From positions 1-41,983 of the forward strand of contig DF237654.1 in NCBI GenBank assembly GCA_000708835.1: a DNA stretch of 41,983 bases, in the 5' to 3' direction. Below the pieces are notes generated by a model. The model ran no database searches. It saw only the letters and a program-made list of their open reading frames with translations, and had not been told where the DNA came from. Shown here piece by piece: positions 11,401-23,684 of the stretch (within the stretch, counting starts at the first letter, position 1; every line of letters begins with the position of its first letter). The DNA is from Klebsormidium nitens (lineage: Eukaryota > Plantae > Klebsormidiophyceae). The position numbers and the translations under genes are program-made.

Positions 11401-14400
11401 CTTCGTCGCCTTATCTCAGACCGACGTTGACCTAGCCGACTCTGTCAGCCGAACGGTCGAAGATCGTTAATGTGGCGAGAAAACCCCTTTCACGGGTGGC
11501 AGGTTTAGTCCGAAGTTGAGTGAGCCTTGTATACGGGGACCAGTCCCCGGCTGCTTCGATGAAAAGGGCCCATCACTTTTCAGTACTGAAGGATTTCCGG
11601 ATTGCCCAGCCGCTCTGTAACGTAGAGCTTCAGTCAAGTTGTCTACTTAAGCCGTTCTTTTATCAAGAACGAGCCAACGTACGGCCACATTTTTCCACCG
11701 GCCCGCAATGCGCCCGGACGAGGTGGCCAGGTTCTCGGCAACGTGCAGAACCGGAGAGATGAATGATAGAGATAGCCGTGCTCAAAGTAGGATCGTTACT
11801 CTGTGCGGACTGCGAAGTTCTCGATGCCCGTTAACCGTCGGAACCCACAGACCCACCTTGCTAGGGCAAGGAGAAACAGGCTTCGCAAATCGGGTCCGGG
11901 GACACTGTTAACAGGTGTCAGTGACGTAGGGACGGGGCTTTTAAGTTGGTCCCAATCGTCGGATGGTCTCGAGAAACTCGATCTGACGGTTTCAAGTGAC
12001 ACTTTGAGCTGTACCAGCACAGGTTACGCCGTGTGTTTTCCGAGGCATTGCTCAAAAGTCAACAATCTATATTTGAAAAAGCATCGAGGACTGCAGGGAC
12101 CCCCCGTGGCATCAGACTCCGATACCGACACCGTCCAACAGCAACCCCGGTTCCGAGTGTGCGAAGAATCTTTCTCTCTGTCCGGGCTCTGCTACGTTCC
12201 CCCTCCTCCTTCTCCGCAACGCAGACGCGTGTATCTACTTTGCAGGCGACATCGCGACCATGGACGGCGACCCGTCGGCCGCGGCCGCGACGCAGGCGGG
12301 CGCGGAGGGTTTGGGCGTCGACTTGGCCGCGGCCGGCGGCGACTGGCGGCTGCCCAACTCGCCCGCGATGGCGCTGCAGCTCGCGCAGGAGGACCTCGCG
12401 GAGCGCCTCTCGCACTTGTACGCGGAGAAGGTGAGGGCTGGGAATTGGAGCGCGCGAGGTGGCGCGTTGCGGGGCGCGCAATAGTGCTGTGGCCGAGTGT
12501 ATGAAGAAGGGGTATGCGGCTACGCTTAAGAAATGGAATAAGCGGGATGTGATGAGATTTTGCAGTGAGATGAGCGATTGCTAGTGGTTTCCCGACATGA
12601 GATGCGGCTTGCGAGTCTCTGTGTTGAAGTTGTGGTTGCTAGACGTTTTGGAGAGAAACCAGTCCGCAGACCGCCAATGGACTCTCTGCGCGATTGGGTG
12701 GCTTCAGAACTTGTAAGTAGTAGACCACATTCTTTGCGCAATTGCAATAAGATATTGATTGGATGGTTCAGGCCAGCAATAGTTCCTGCGGGTCTGCCGG
12801 AAACTCAAGGTCTGTTGCGAACTTTGATGACAATTGAATCTGCGCAGAACTACCTGCTCAACCGGAGGGCGGAGCTCGAAGCGGCGAAGCGGCTGACCGA
12901 CAAAGGCGGCGACCTGATAGTGAGCGCACACAATCGCGCGCAACCTCTGCAGCGGATTCCCGGGGTCCTCATATGCCCTTCGCATCTTTCGCTTCTTTTT
13001 GCCGCACACTACGCTGAGTTCATTCATGCCGATTTTTCCTTGTTCGACACTGCGAGTTCAGTCCCTGTGTCTGCTTCTTCCCGATTGTTATGTTTCAATC
13101 GGCCTTCTCGTATGTTCTACTTTGCTTTTGTGTTTCTCGAGCCGGCAGACGAGAAGTCTCCAGGAACGGGAATGCGTTTCGGGATAGTTCTCGATGCCGC
13201 AGGCCGCTAGCTCGGCTCCGCTGACGCATTTGCTACACCTTTTTTACGGCTCCGATCCTTGAAACCGGTAATGAACCTTGCGTTCCCTCGTGAAGACTGC
13301 TTGTTAAACTAACCAACAAACCCTCTCCGGAAGACCAGCCAAAGCAGTTGTATCCGTGAAAGCTCAGATGTTCAAAACTAAAGGCGAACGGTGGTTCAAA
13401 TTGAAGTGATGGCAACTTCTGGGCCACGAGACAGGTTGTGTTACGTCAGGGGGACCAAACGCCCCAGGTAAATAGGTTTGCATACTGAACCACGTGCCAG
13501 CAGCCAAACCCCTAATTGCCCCAAGCCGGAAATTGGTGGAATCAAACCTCCAAGGGTCTTGTTTGTAACTCTTGAATTTTGGGTTGGGGCAACAAGGGGT
13601 TTAGGAGCTATTCTGGACTGTTTAAGGAGGGTTAATCAGGCAAAACTTCTCTAACTACTTGATAAACAACTACTAGACCCATTTTCCAAGCGAACCGAGG
13701 TACACGCTGAGCTCGGGACACCAATTGGTGCAATCTAAAGCGTGCAATTCAAGACAAAGCTCATCGGACGGCGCGAAACATGGTTCCGGCACTCTGAGTG
13801 GGGTTTGGTCCCCCTGTGTTACGTGCCGCGGGATGCTGATCTGTTATGGGTATCTAAAAAGAAAAAAAAAAAGGAAAAAAAAGAAAAAAGAAAAAGAAAA
13901 AAAAAAACTTTGACTCTTGTTTCTCATCATCGTTCACTTGCGCGCCGCAGGAAGACCAGCTGTTGCAGCACATCAAGAAGCTCCGCGATATGGTGAGGGT
14001 CCGACGCCTTTCCGGACTGGAAATCCAGTCTTTCGGATTGGCTTTTTGGGAAATGGTGAAAAAGGACAATCATCGTCAGGCCCACAATGGAGGTGCTTCA
14101 AAAGAATGATCCAGTCCCTTCAGTTCGCTCGAAACGAACAACGGGCGTCTCTCTCATTTGCTTAGCCAATTCACGCCTGAAGATCTTTTCCGGCACCTCT
14201 AGAAAGGAGCACCGCCCTCGGCAGACCAAGTGTTCGATCTTGCAGAGAGTAGAAACTTCGCAGTGAATTCGCTCTCTTCGACACAGGGGCTGCCGGCCGA
14301 CAGCTTACTGGAAAACACTTCATTCTGTTTACGAAGTCAAAGGCACGATTGACCTACTCTCCCTCAGAACCCTGAGGTTCTTCGCGTCGTGTGCTAAAAG

Positions 14401-17400
14401 GGCGTGGGCAAAGTTGCCTTAGCGCGGTCAGGGTTGCTATAATATTTACGGGCCACATCCCCCGCGCTCCGTCGTTCTCGTCAGACACATTTTTCTGCTG
14501 ACGTCGCATTTTACGACCACGCTTTCGGGCTACCAACTTCAGTTACCACGTCCAGTTTCGAGGTCCATTTTGATATGAAACACCCTCCGCTTTCGGTAGA
14601 GTTTACGGCGCAGGAAAAAAGGGCGACAAGCCCAGGTTGCGCACCTATTATCTGGTCGCCCAATTCGGGCGCGTCCCTTTTAGTTCTGGCTGATCAGTTC
14701 GTTGTTTTTGCAGGAAGCCGAGTACGAGATCTTGGGCGGCCGCGTTACGGACTGCATGGGGGAGGTTGCGAACCTGGTGGGTGGAATCGAGTCCCAATTT
14801 TCGGGTTTAGTAGCCTTATGTTGCTAGACTAGCACTTACTTCTCTTGGCATTATGTCCAGCTTTGAGCATCCTGAACAACTCCTTCAGGTGGTGTTCACT
14901 TGGAAGCTAACAGAACCCGTGGAAGGAGATCGTGGACTCCAGTTTTCGTTTTTGACCCCCATATCTTTTGGTACTCCTATGCGCGAGCAGCTGAAAACTC
15001 CGGCTAACACCCGTGATTCAAGGGTAGCCCCCTAGTAACGTAACCTCTTACTCCTGCTGTCGGCGGACCGAAGTAGACTCTGACCGGGGGCTCAAACAAG
15101 CGGCATGTTGAAAGTGGTTCCGGTCCCCGGATCCTCAAGCAAGTAACCGGATGATGTGGAACGTAATCGAGTCTTCTGAGTCGCGCGCGCACCGGATACC
15201 AACCAGTGTGGGTGTCCAGAATGGAAAACTGGAGTCCACGTTCTCCTTCCACGGATTCTGACAGGTTTTCCATTTTGGTGGGACCCGAACGTGTGGGTGA
15301 CAGGTGCCTTTTTGGACGAGCCAGAAGCAAATGCGGAAAGCATTTCCTTAACATAAGCCAGCTGGCAGTCTTCGACTCTTGTCCTGGAACTCGGAGGGTT
15401 GCTGTTTGAGGACAAGGGTTCAAGTTGTACCTTAGACTCTGCATTCAAAACTGCCAAAGGAAGTGTTAAGAACACGGTCACAACGGTTTCTACTCAACGC
15501 CTGTTTGCAGGAAGGGGGCTTCCATCAGTTGTTGCAGGAGGGGGAGAAACTGAGGCGGGAAGGTAAGAAGCTCGTTAACACTTTTTCTTTTTCTTTCAGA
15601 GCTCGTGTTTTCCCTCTTTCAACCGCGGAGGGAGCACTGTCTTGTGCAGAACTGTTCTCTCTCTTGCAGCTGGAAAGACCGTTGAAATGTTCTGTTCGGC
15701 CTCTTCGATCGGTCTTTCAAAGTCGTTAGCTATGTCCAACTGCACGTAGGGCACAATTTGACCTTGGACTTCCGGTCAGAACAAGACTCCCGACCGGTCT
15801 TACGACAGAGTCAGGGTTCTTACCTCACTGCGGTTGACGTCGATTTGGACCCTTGTAACGCTCACGCCCTTCATTTTCAAGCACGCAAACTCACATAAGT
15901 GCCCGTTGACTTACACCGATACTCTGTCGACACAATGGAAGAGTTTGACTAGGTCAAAGAGACGACCTCGTCACAAATGACCGCAGAGGAAAACTGAACC
16001 AGTACGTTGGAGACACGGTCGGGTTTACGAAGAGCCTTTCGATCGCGGGAATTTCTGGCGACAGCAGGTCCATGGAGGGCTGATCTCATGCTGACGTCAA
16101 GGTCGCTTGACTAGTCCAAAGTAGGTTGACGATGCTTTGATCACGAGCCGGCAGGTTTGACGTAACACGTTCTCCGTGCGGAAAATGAAAAGTAGGAAGC
16201 ACAGACAGATAAAATGGAATCCAAACAGAACTCAAAGCAGTAAATCTGTGTTTTTATGCAGCTATAGAGAGTGCGGCCACTTCGTCTCGGGTCAGCGGCG
16301 TGCGAAAGAAGAAGAAAAAGAAGGGGAAGAAGAAAACGGTGAAGAAGGGGGGCGCCCGCGGCAGCTATTCCGACCCCCCCAGCTCGGAGAGCTCGTACTA
16401 TTCGTCCGAGGAATCCGGCGACTACTCGGACAGTGACGTCAGCACGTCGTACGATGAGGTCAGCACAGAAGAGGAAGAGGTCGAGGAAGATGGGCGGGTG
16501 GTCAGGAAGCGGGTTAAGAAGAAGGTCAAGAAGCCGGTGAAAAAGCCGGTGAAGAAGAAGAAGCGTGCGACGTACAGCGAGACCGAGTCTGACTCGGACG
16601 AGGAAGAAGTGGAAGAGGAGGTTATTGAGGAGGTTATCGGGGAAGATGGGCAGATAAGAAAGGTCAAGAAGTGGGTTAAGAAAGTGGTTAAGAAGAAAGT
16701 GCTGCAGGTCAAGGGCTCTGGCCCGAGTAGTGGGAGCGAAGAGGAAGAGGAGGTGATCGAGGAGGTTATGGGCGAAGACGGGCAGGTTAAGAAGGTTAAG
16801 AAGGTGGTTAAGAAGAAAAAAGCGAGGCGGTTTAGGGAGATTCCGGAGAGTGAGAGCGACGAGGAGGAGGAGGTTACGGAGGAGGTTGTGGGAGAAGACG
16901 GGCAGGTTAGGCGGGTTAAGAAGAAGGTCAAGAAGAAAGCGAGGCGGATTAGGCGAGTCGAGGAGTCGTTTCCGAGCAGCGGAAGCGACGAAGTAGACGC
17001 GGAGGGCAATCCGGTTATCGAAGAAGTGGTTACCGTAACCGGGAAGCTTCAGCGGAGGGCGAAAAAGAAGGCCGGGAGGAAGCGGGTTGAGAAGTGGGTT
17101 ACGGCGGAGATCGCCGGGAATGACGAGGTTGATGCGGAGGGGAACGTGGTCATTGAGGAGGTTGTGACCGCGGAGGGGCAGGTTAGGCGGCGGGTTAAGA
17201 AGCGGGTTAAGAGGGCGACGGTCGGATCGGCGGCTGACAGCGGGAGCGACGAGCTGGACGTCGACGGGAATGTCGTCATCGAGGAGGTGGCTGACGTCAG
17301 CAGCGGGCGGGTGCAGCGCCGGGCGAAGAAGAAGGCGGGGAAGGCGCGGGTGGTTAGGCGGACGGTCTCGGACGGGTCCGATAGTCACGACGAACTTGAT

Positions 17401-20400
17401 GCGGACGGTAACGTGGTTTTGGAGGAGTTCGTGGACGGGGAGGGGCGGGTTAAGAAGCGGGTCAAGAAAAAGGTTAAGAAGAGAACCAAGCCCCGGCGAC
17501 GAATCAGATCGGGGGACGGGTCGGACGCCGAGGTCAGCGGGACGGATGACGTCTTTGATGAAGATGTAGACGACGATGACGTCACGGAAGCGGGTGAGGT
17601 TAGCGAAGAGATTGTGGACGAGAACGGGGTGGTTAGGAGGGTGGTTAGGAAGAAGAAAAAACCGAAAAGAGGGCGGCGGAAAGCGGAGAGGGAGAATGAT
17701 GAGCTGGACGAGAATGGTGACGTCATTCTTGAAGAGGTGATGGATCCTGAGGGGCGGGTAAGGACCCGGGTTAAGAAGAAGGTCAGGCGGACGGTTAGTG
17801 GAGAAAGTGAGAGCGACGAGGTCGACTCCAGCGGGAACGTCGTCATTGAGGAGGTTGCTGACGAGAGCGGGCGGGTTAGGCGGCGCGCCAAGAAGAAAAA
17901 GAGGGTCAAGAGGAGGGTTACGGAAACGGAAACGGAATCGGAAGAGGCGGAACCGGAAGGCAAGAACGACGCGGTTGACGAGGAGGGAAACGTTGTGTTG
18001 GAAGAATTCACGGATAAAACTGGGCGGGTTAAGAGGCGGGTTAAGAAGCGGGTCAAGAGGATAGAGGCCGAAGAGGAAGAGAGCGGGAGCGACGAGCTTG
18101 ACAGGGAAGGTAACCCGCTTATCGAGGAGGTTACGGATGACCAAGGGCGGGTTATTCGGCGGGCGAAGAAGAAGAAGAGTAAGCGGAAAGGCAGGCGAAA
18201 AAAGAAGGTCGCGGGATCCGAAGAAAGCGAGGAAGATGCGGAGAGCTCGGAAGAAGAGGAAAGTGGCGACCGTGAGACAGGCGGGCTTGACTCGGAAGGT
18301 CGCCGCGAAAAGCGACGGGAGCACCGGCGTAAGGGAAAGGGAGGGAAGAAGGGAAAAGAAGGAGACGCGGAGATTAGTGAAGATGATGAAAGGGAAGGGA
18401 AAAAGAAGAAGAAAAAGAAAGGGCGACGAAGACGGGAAGGTGGGGAGGGCGGGGATGATTCGGGGACGGCACAAAAAGGCGACGCAGAGGGGGGGACGAA
18501 CGAGAAAGAGGTAAGAAGGGTAAAGAAAGGTTGAGAACTCCTCAGAACAAGTAGTGGACTCCAACATGATTATGCTTAAGTTACCAATCAAGCTACTTCC
18601 GAAGGATTGTAGAAAGACATCAAACTGCTCAACACTTAACACTTGTGTCTTCGTCTTTTTCAGAGTTGGTCTTTATACGTTTCCGTTGGTCAGTCACAGA
18701 ATGAGACACTCGGCAGAACCGGCTTGTTAAAGGATGCCTCGCTTGCATCCGAAGGCTCAAGAGACCGTCGATCACTTGCGGTCATATTGCAGAAACCATT
18801 GTAAACAGAGGTAAAGTACCTAGAGAACTAGAGCGAGCTCAAAAGGTGCGCTTCCCAAAGGAGGTTTCGCGCTTCAAGTCGCGCAAGGAGCGGCACCACC
18901 GGAAAGAAAAATAAGTTACCTAGAGAAACTAGAGCGAGCTAACAAGATGCGCTTCTTGCACCACGAGCAGAAGAATCAATCTACCTAGAGTAACTAGAGC
19001 GAGGTGATCCTCTTTCAGGAGGTCTCGCGCTCCAAGTCGCGCAAGGAGCGGCACCACCGGCGGCGGCGCCGGTCGAGCGGCGAGCGCGGCGAGCGGCGCG
19101 CGAGCAGGGACCCCAAGATCAACAACGTTTTGCAGCGCCTCCTCGCGTCGACCAAGATGCGCCAAAAGGCGACGCAGACGGACGACGCGTCGCTGCAACC
19201 GGTGCGTAAGGGGTTTAAGGGTTTGGGATTCAACGGTTTTGTTCATCACGAATACGGAGTGGGCATTCCCGGTTGAAATGGGATGCGCCAAAAGGCGACG
19301 CAGGCCGACGATGCGTCGCTGCAGCCGGTGCGCAGGGTTTCGGGGTTTTGGGGTTTGAGGGTTTGAAACTTTCAGGCTTTTGCAAGTTGGCATCTTCTTG
19401 TTCGGATGACAAGGATCTGAAAGGGAGGTCCACCTTATTGACGGGCGGCGGCCAAAACTTCCTGACCGTCAAAAAACGCATTTTGCTGAGCTGCTGACCT
19501 GAATGTCAAACAGGGTTCCAATCCGGCGACGGGACGAAGCCCAAACATCGAAACCAAAATTCCTGGTGTGCGGAACCGTTCGGAACAATTTGGTGTTCAG
19601 AATCGTATGGACCAGGTTTGAACACCAAAGTATCTGAGCGATGCTTGTAGCCCGCTAAGACTGTTCGCCTGCGATGTAGGATTTCGACAAACAAGCACTT
19701 CTTGGAAGCTCTTGGTGTTCCAAATCAAAGGAGTCTGCGACAATTATTTGACGGGCACCTTCGCCCATGTCTGACCCCAGAACGGTTCTAAGCGATCGGG
19801 TCCTCATTTGTCTTAAGCTTGAGGAGTGGCGTCCCATGTTTGATCGAAATAAAGAAAGATCACAATTAAGATAGATGTCAATACGGTAACCGCATCGGGA
19901 CGGGTAGGGTTAGTTCGGGGATTGGTCTGGGTAGGAGGGCGGAGCAGGTACCTTTGTGGGTTAGGGCCTTAAGTGTTAGTTGGAGCTTACTCTACCCTGG
20001 CTTCCATTATCTTTCTTGATTTTCATCCATTCTTGGCCTCCAAAGGATGCGTATCTATCTGCTCAAACGAACGGCTTTGTCTTCTTGCAGCCGTCCCGGG
20101 GAAGAACTAGAGGCGACGGCTTTCGGGAGAAGTTCGAGGAGAAGGAGGTGGAGTGCAAGGGCCTGCGCAAGGACCTGGTGAGCGCGGCCGCGGTTCCGAC
20201 AGCGGGGTTTATGGGGTTTAGGGCTTTCGGGAATCGTGGTTTGATTCTCGGCGTTCACGTGTTTCAGGATTTCGAAACCTGAGGGTAAAGGAGTCCAGTG
20301 ATATCAAGCTCAGGGGCTTACGGGTTCAGGGGTTTAGGATGCATGCCGGATTGGGATTATGAGTTTAAGATTTCTAGAGGTTAAAGATCTTAGGGATTTG

Positions 20401-23400
20401 GGGTTCAAAGGTTCAGGGGTTTTGTGACTTTAGTCCCACCAAGCGAAATGCTTAGTATTTTTGGGGCGGCTTTGCGGTGGCGAGGGTCGACTCCGTGCTC
20501 GTTTTAGACGGAATAGAAAAAGCAGTGGGCACCGCGCAACGCATTTCGGAGTCTGCCTGTGATCGAGGAACTTGATCTCGTGTGAAGAGTGCGGAGCGTG
20601 TCGAGAGACAACACCAGTTTGCCTTCGTGTGTCCTTTTATGATGTCGTAAAGCAGAACGTGTGTTCAAGCGAAAACTGCAAAGACGGATCAATGGTCTGT
20701 TTCAGGTGGAAGGTGAACTAGTGATACAGTGTAAACTTATGCAGACGGGAACGAACGAAGCCGTTGCCAATCTCGACGGCTTGATCGCAACCCACAATGG
20801 GAATTCTAGAATCCCTTGAGTCCCATTGGTTGCCACTTTACGTTCTGTGTCTAATTGCACTGATCACGCTAGGGGCAGCCGAAAAAATTCTGCGAGCCAT
20901 TCAGTTTGACCCATTCTTCAAAGCGAAAGCAAGAACCTGACTCCGCTTCCGTTGCAGAACAAATTGCGGCAGCAGCTCCGCTTCTGGCGCCAGCGGAACT
21001 GGGCCCAGAAGCACGGAAAGCCGCTCCCCCCGCTCAACGGAATGGACCCCAACGTGCTCCTCGACTTGGAGCCGGAATACGCGGGCCGTGCGCCGCCGGA
21101 AGTCGCCGGAACAGGTAGGGCACGGGCGGAACGCCTACCACTTGACCTTTTAAATTGACCTACCTCAAAATCCAATTCCCGCAAGGTGTACCTACAACTG
21201 CTCGACTCTACTTCCTCTCGGAATCTATTTGTGGGCGGTCGCCCAAGAAGCGAGGCAAAAACAGAGTCGTATTTTTCAGCGGAAGCAGGGCGCAACAGCC
21301 CGATCAGTGACTTTTCGTTCCTGAGCTGCAGACTCTTATAAATGTTCTATCTTGGGCTTCGGGCAATCGAGAAAAGATCTGGTCAATCCGGCGCCGAGCA
21401 CGATTCACTCTAGATTCGTGGCACTTTGCGACCGTGCTTTCCGTCCTCATTCCGTCCATTCCCTCCACAGGCGCCGAGCGGATGGCGGGCCCCCTGCCGA
21501 CGACCTCGCTGGAACCCCCTCTCCCGCCCGATGCGCTCTCCCACTTCCAGTCCATTGCGCAGAAAGTCTCCGCGGTCACTTTCTTCAGCCGCATCAAGCG
21601 CGCGCCCGTCACGCGCGTTTCCTTCGGCCGCGACCCCGCCGCCGGCGGCCCCTGGAAGTACGACCCGGCCGCGCTGCGCGGGAGCGCCGAGGCGCCCGAG
21701 CGCGGCGCGGCCGCGGCCGCGGGCGCGCCGGAGTCGCCCACGGTCGCGGTGAAAAACATCGGCGACTTCTTCGGGGAGGCGCCGGGCCCTGTGTCGCCGG
21801 GAGTGGTCAGGAAAGCGCGCGGGGTGATTGGGCCCGGGGCGTTTGGGCTGCCGGGGAATGGCCCCGGGGAGCCTTTTGGCGACGCGCGCGCGGCCGCGGG
21901 GACGACCGGCGTGGACTTCAGGGTGAGCGCACTCGCACGAGCGCTGATATTGAAGGCTTGTTCCATTCAATGTGCTGACGGTCTATCATCGTGAGATCTC
22001 TCTTTAAGTCAATTATATCCAAAGAAACTTCCATCAAGCCCATCTGAGAAAGCAATCCTCCGGCAAGAAGCGTATACCCCTCCGACTTGCAACAACGATA
22101 CTCCTGCCTCGCGATACTTCTTTGCCATTGCTGCTCGTGCTTCGCTTTCTTAACCATGCGGCACACTTGGCACAAAGCTGACGCCTATTCACACCACGTT
22201 CCGCAGCCGCCCGACGCGCGCGGCGACGAGAACGCGGCCGCGGCCGCGAGCCACATGGAGGAGGAGCGCAACCACGTGATGTGGCTGCGACTGCGCGAGC
22301 GCATGCGCGCGCTCCTAGGCCAGATGCCAGGTGGCGCTCCGTTCGAGGGAACATCTTCCTTCAGAAGCCCGTCGACGCGAAACCCCCGATCGCTCAGCGC
22401 AGGGTTTGGCGCGTTCGCGGCCGCGTCGCCGAGCGGCCCCGTCGTGGGCACGCCCGCTTTTAGCCCGGGCCAGGCGTCGCGAGAAGAGGTAAGACTGGAT
22501 TCTCTGAAGGAGGACGGTGAAACGCCGTTTGTCCCCCAGTCTGCGAAAGCCGGTGATGAAGAGACTTTTGAAGGATTTTTGAAGAACCCACTTCGGCCCG
22601 TTGAATGCAGGGTCGAGAAGTCGCAGCGCAGGTCTGCAATGCGGTAGGTGATTCTTTACGGGCACTGGGCTTTCCGCCGGTCTTGAAGACGTATCGAACA
22701 CCCCATTGAAACAGCATGGTTGCTAGCTCCAGTCAATACTTTTTGGTGCGCAGAAGCGATCACCACGTCTCTCACCTACCTTCTCGCACGGATGTTGAAG
22801 GAGCAGCCTTCTGACAGGAGAATAACTGGCGTCGCTTCGAAACGAACTCCTGACACAGCAGTCGGCATGATCGTCAAGAGTCTCAGGACGCAGAGTCCCT
22901 TTCAGGATTATGCGGATGAGTCCATTCTTTTATTGAACCGGTCTTCCGCTTACCCCATTCCAACCCCGCGCGTTCGACTTCAGCCGGAAAATCATACTAC
23001 GTCCGTTCTTTCGGATGTGTTCAGTATGAACGTTCTGACGACTTTATAGAGTTTGCGAGTGCGTGTGGTCTCTTCGCTTTACGTCCTTCTCCGCGGCATT
23101 TGTTCTGCCAGCTTTCGAGTCCAGATCCTCCGCCTGATCTGTAAGACCGCTATTAACCCCAGACGTTCGAAAACGAACGGAAGACATCCAACGAGAGATG
23201 CATCCGAACCTGCCTTTCTCCCCCATCGCTCGTTCAGGAGGCGAGCCCGGCCCGCATCGTCAGCCCTTACGTCACCGGCATCTCCCCGACCGCCAAGGCC
23301 GGCCCCCCGGCCTCGCTCGGCGGGAGCAAGAAACGGCTGCCGGTTCTCGGCACGTCCAACCCGAGGCGGGCGCCGTCCCCCCGGATCCGCTCCCCCGGCC

Positions 23401-23684
23401 CCCAGATGCTGATCAACAACCGCGCCGCGCGGCCGTTCGACGAGCTGGCGACGCCCCCCGGGCGCGCGCGCGCGGCCGCGCCAATGCGACCCACGGTGTC
23501 GTCCGACGGGAAGCTGCCACGTGGCGGCCTCCCGGAGCTGGGCGTCGTCGGGGGGCGGGCGGGTCAGCCGGGCGTCGCAGGGGTCCCGGTCGACCACGAG
23601 CGAGCGGAGCTATCGCACGTCCAATCAGGGCCGGTGATGATCCCCAGGGCGGCGGGGGGTAATTTCAGACGCGGTGTTGGATAG
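8461..23684 (+). CDS. Large (~1783 aa) multi-exon coiled-coil/intrinsically disordered protein with a central charged-repeat domain; function unknown
   Basis: Exons 8461-8517 (tentative; alternative ATG at 8685), 8664-9344, 10541-10813, 11082-11151, 12246-12430, 12848-12919, 13951-13992, 14714-14776, 15511-15562, 16262-18510, 19019-19201, 20091-20177, 20958-21114, 21471-21922, 22207-22488, 23238-23684. All have AG/GT boundaries and compatible phases, giving one uninterrupted 5352-nt frame ending in TAG. Helical/coiled-coil-like segments flank the repeat exon. Confidence 0.8.
10121..10630 (+). repeat. Four tandem copies (133-144 bp) of an intron/exon acceptor junction
   Basis: CTGCAG|GA(C/T)GCCGAGATCGG...CCAGCGTCCGGAGATGACCTTCTC recurs with exon-side starts at 10130, 10264, 10397 and 10541. 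Confidence 0.95.
11184..11468. repeat. Degenerate intronic tandem duplication (~170-bp period)
   Basis: TACAGCTGTT..TCAAACTTG...CCTTCGTCG...GGTCGAAGATC occurs twice (about 11185-11300 and 11353-11468). Confidence 0.55.
13856..13907 (+). repeat. 52-bp A/G-only poly(A)-like tract in an intron
   Basis: Read directly (AAAAAGAAAAAAAAAAAGG...AAAA). It explains the poly-K and poly-F ORFs in the track. Confidence 0.9.
14911..15260. repeat. Intronic inverted repeat (fold-back or MITE-like remnant)
   Basis: 14911-14947 CAGAACCCGTGGAAGGAGATCGTGGACTCCAGTTTTC matches the reverse complement of 15224-15260 at 35/37; weaker similarity continues inward. No target-site duplication was found. Confidence 0.7.
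16468..18180 (+). repeat. Coding array of 13 acidic-turn-basic peptide repeats
   Basis: Five short units of type EEV(I/V)xEDG(Q/R)V(K/R)(K/R)VKK and eight long units of type DE(L/V)DxxGNVV(I/L)EEVxxxxGRVxRR(A/V)KKK in the 16300-18534 frame. Confidence 0.95.
18817..19060 (+). repeat. Duplicated acceptor region and exon start of exon 19019-19201
   Basis: TACCTAGAG(A/T)AACTAGAGCGAG-like motif occurs three times; 18861-18902 matches the exon start 19019-19060 at 40/42. Confidence 0.9.
19156..19345 (+). repeat. Duplicated exon end and splice donor (126-bp offset)
   Basis: GATGCGCCAAAAGGCGACGCAG...CGTCGCTGCA.CCG|GTGCG at 19156 and 19282; donors at 19202 and 19328. Confidence 0.9.

Noticed and set aside
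13151-13210. Possible extra exon after the CCGGCAG acceptor-like site
   Set aside because: The phase-0 reading hits a stop within 13 codons, no good donor follows, and the flanking exons join in frame without it.
16141-18642. 833-aa minus-strand ORF (and shorter antisense ORFs in the same region)
   Set aside because: It is codon-aligned with the sense repeat exon. Antisense stops need sense TTA, CTA or TCA codons, which are absent from this Leu-poor, GC3-rich exon. It is a shadow ORF.
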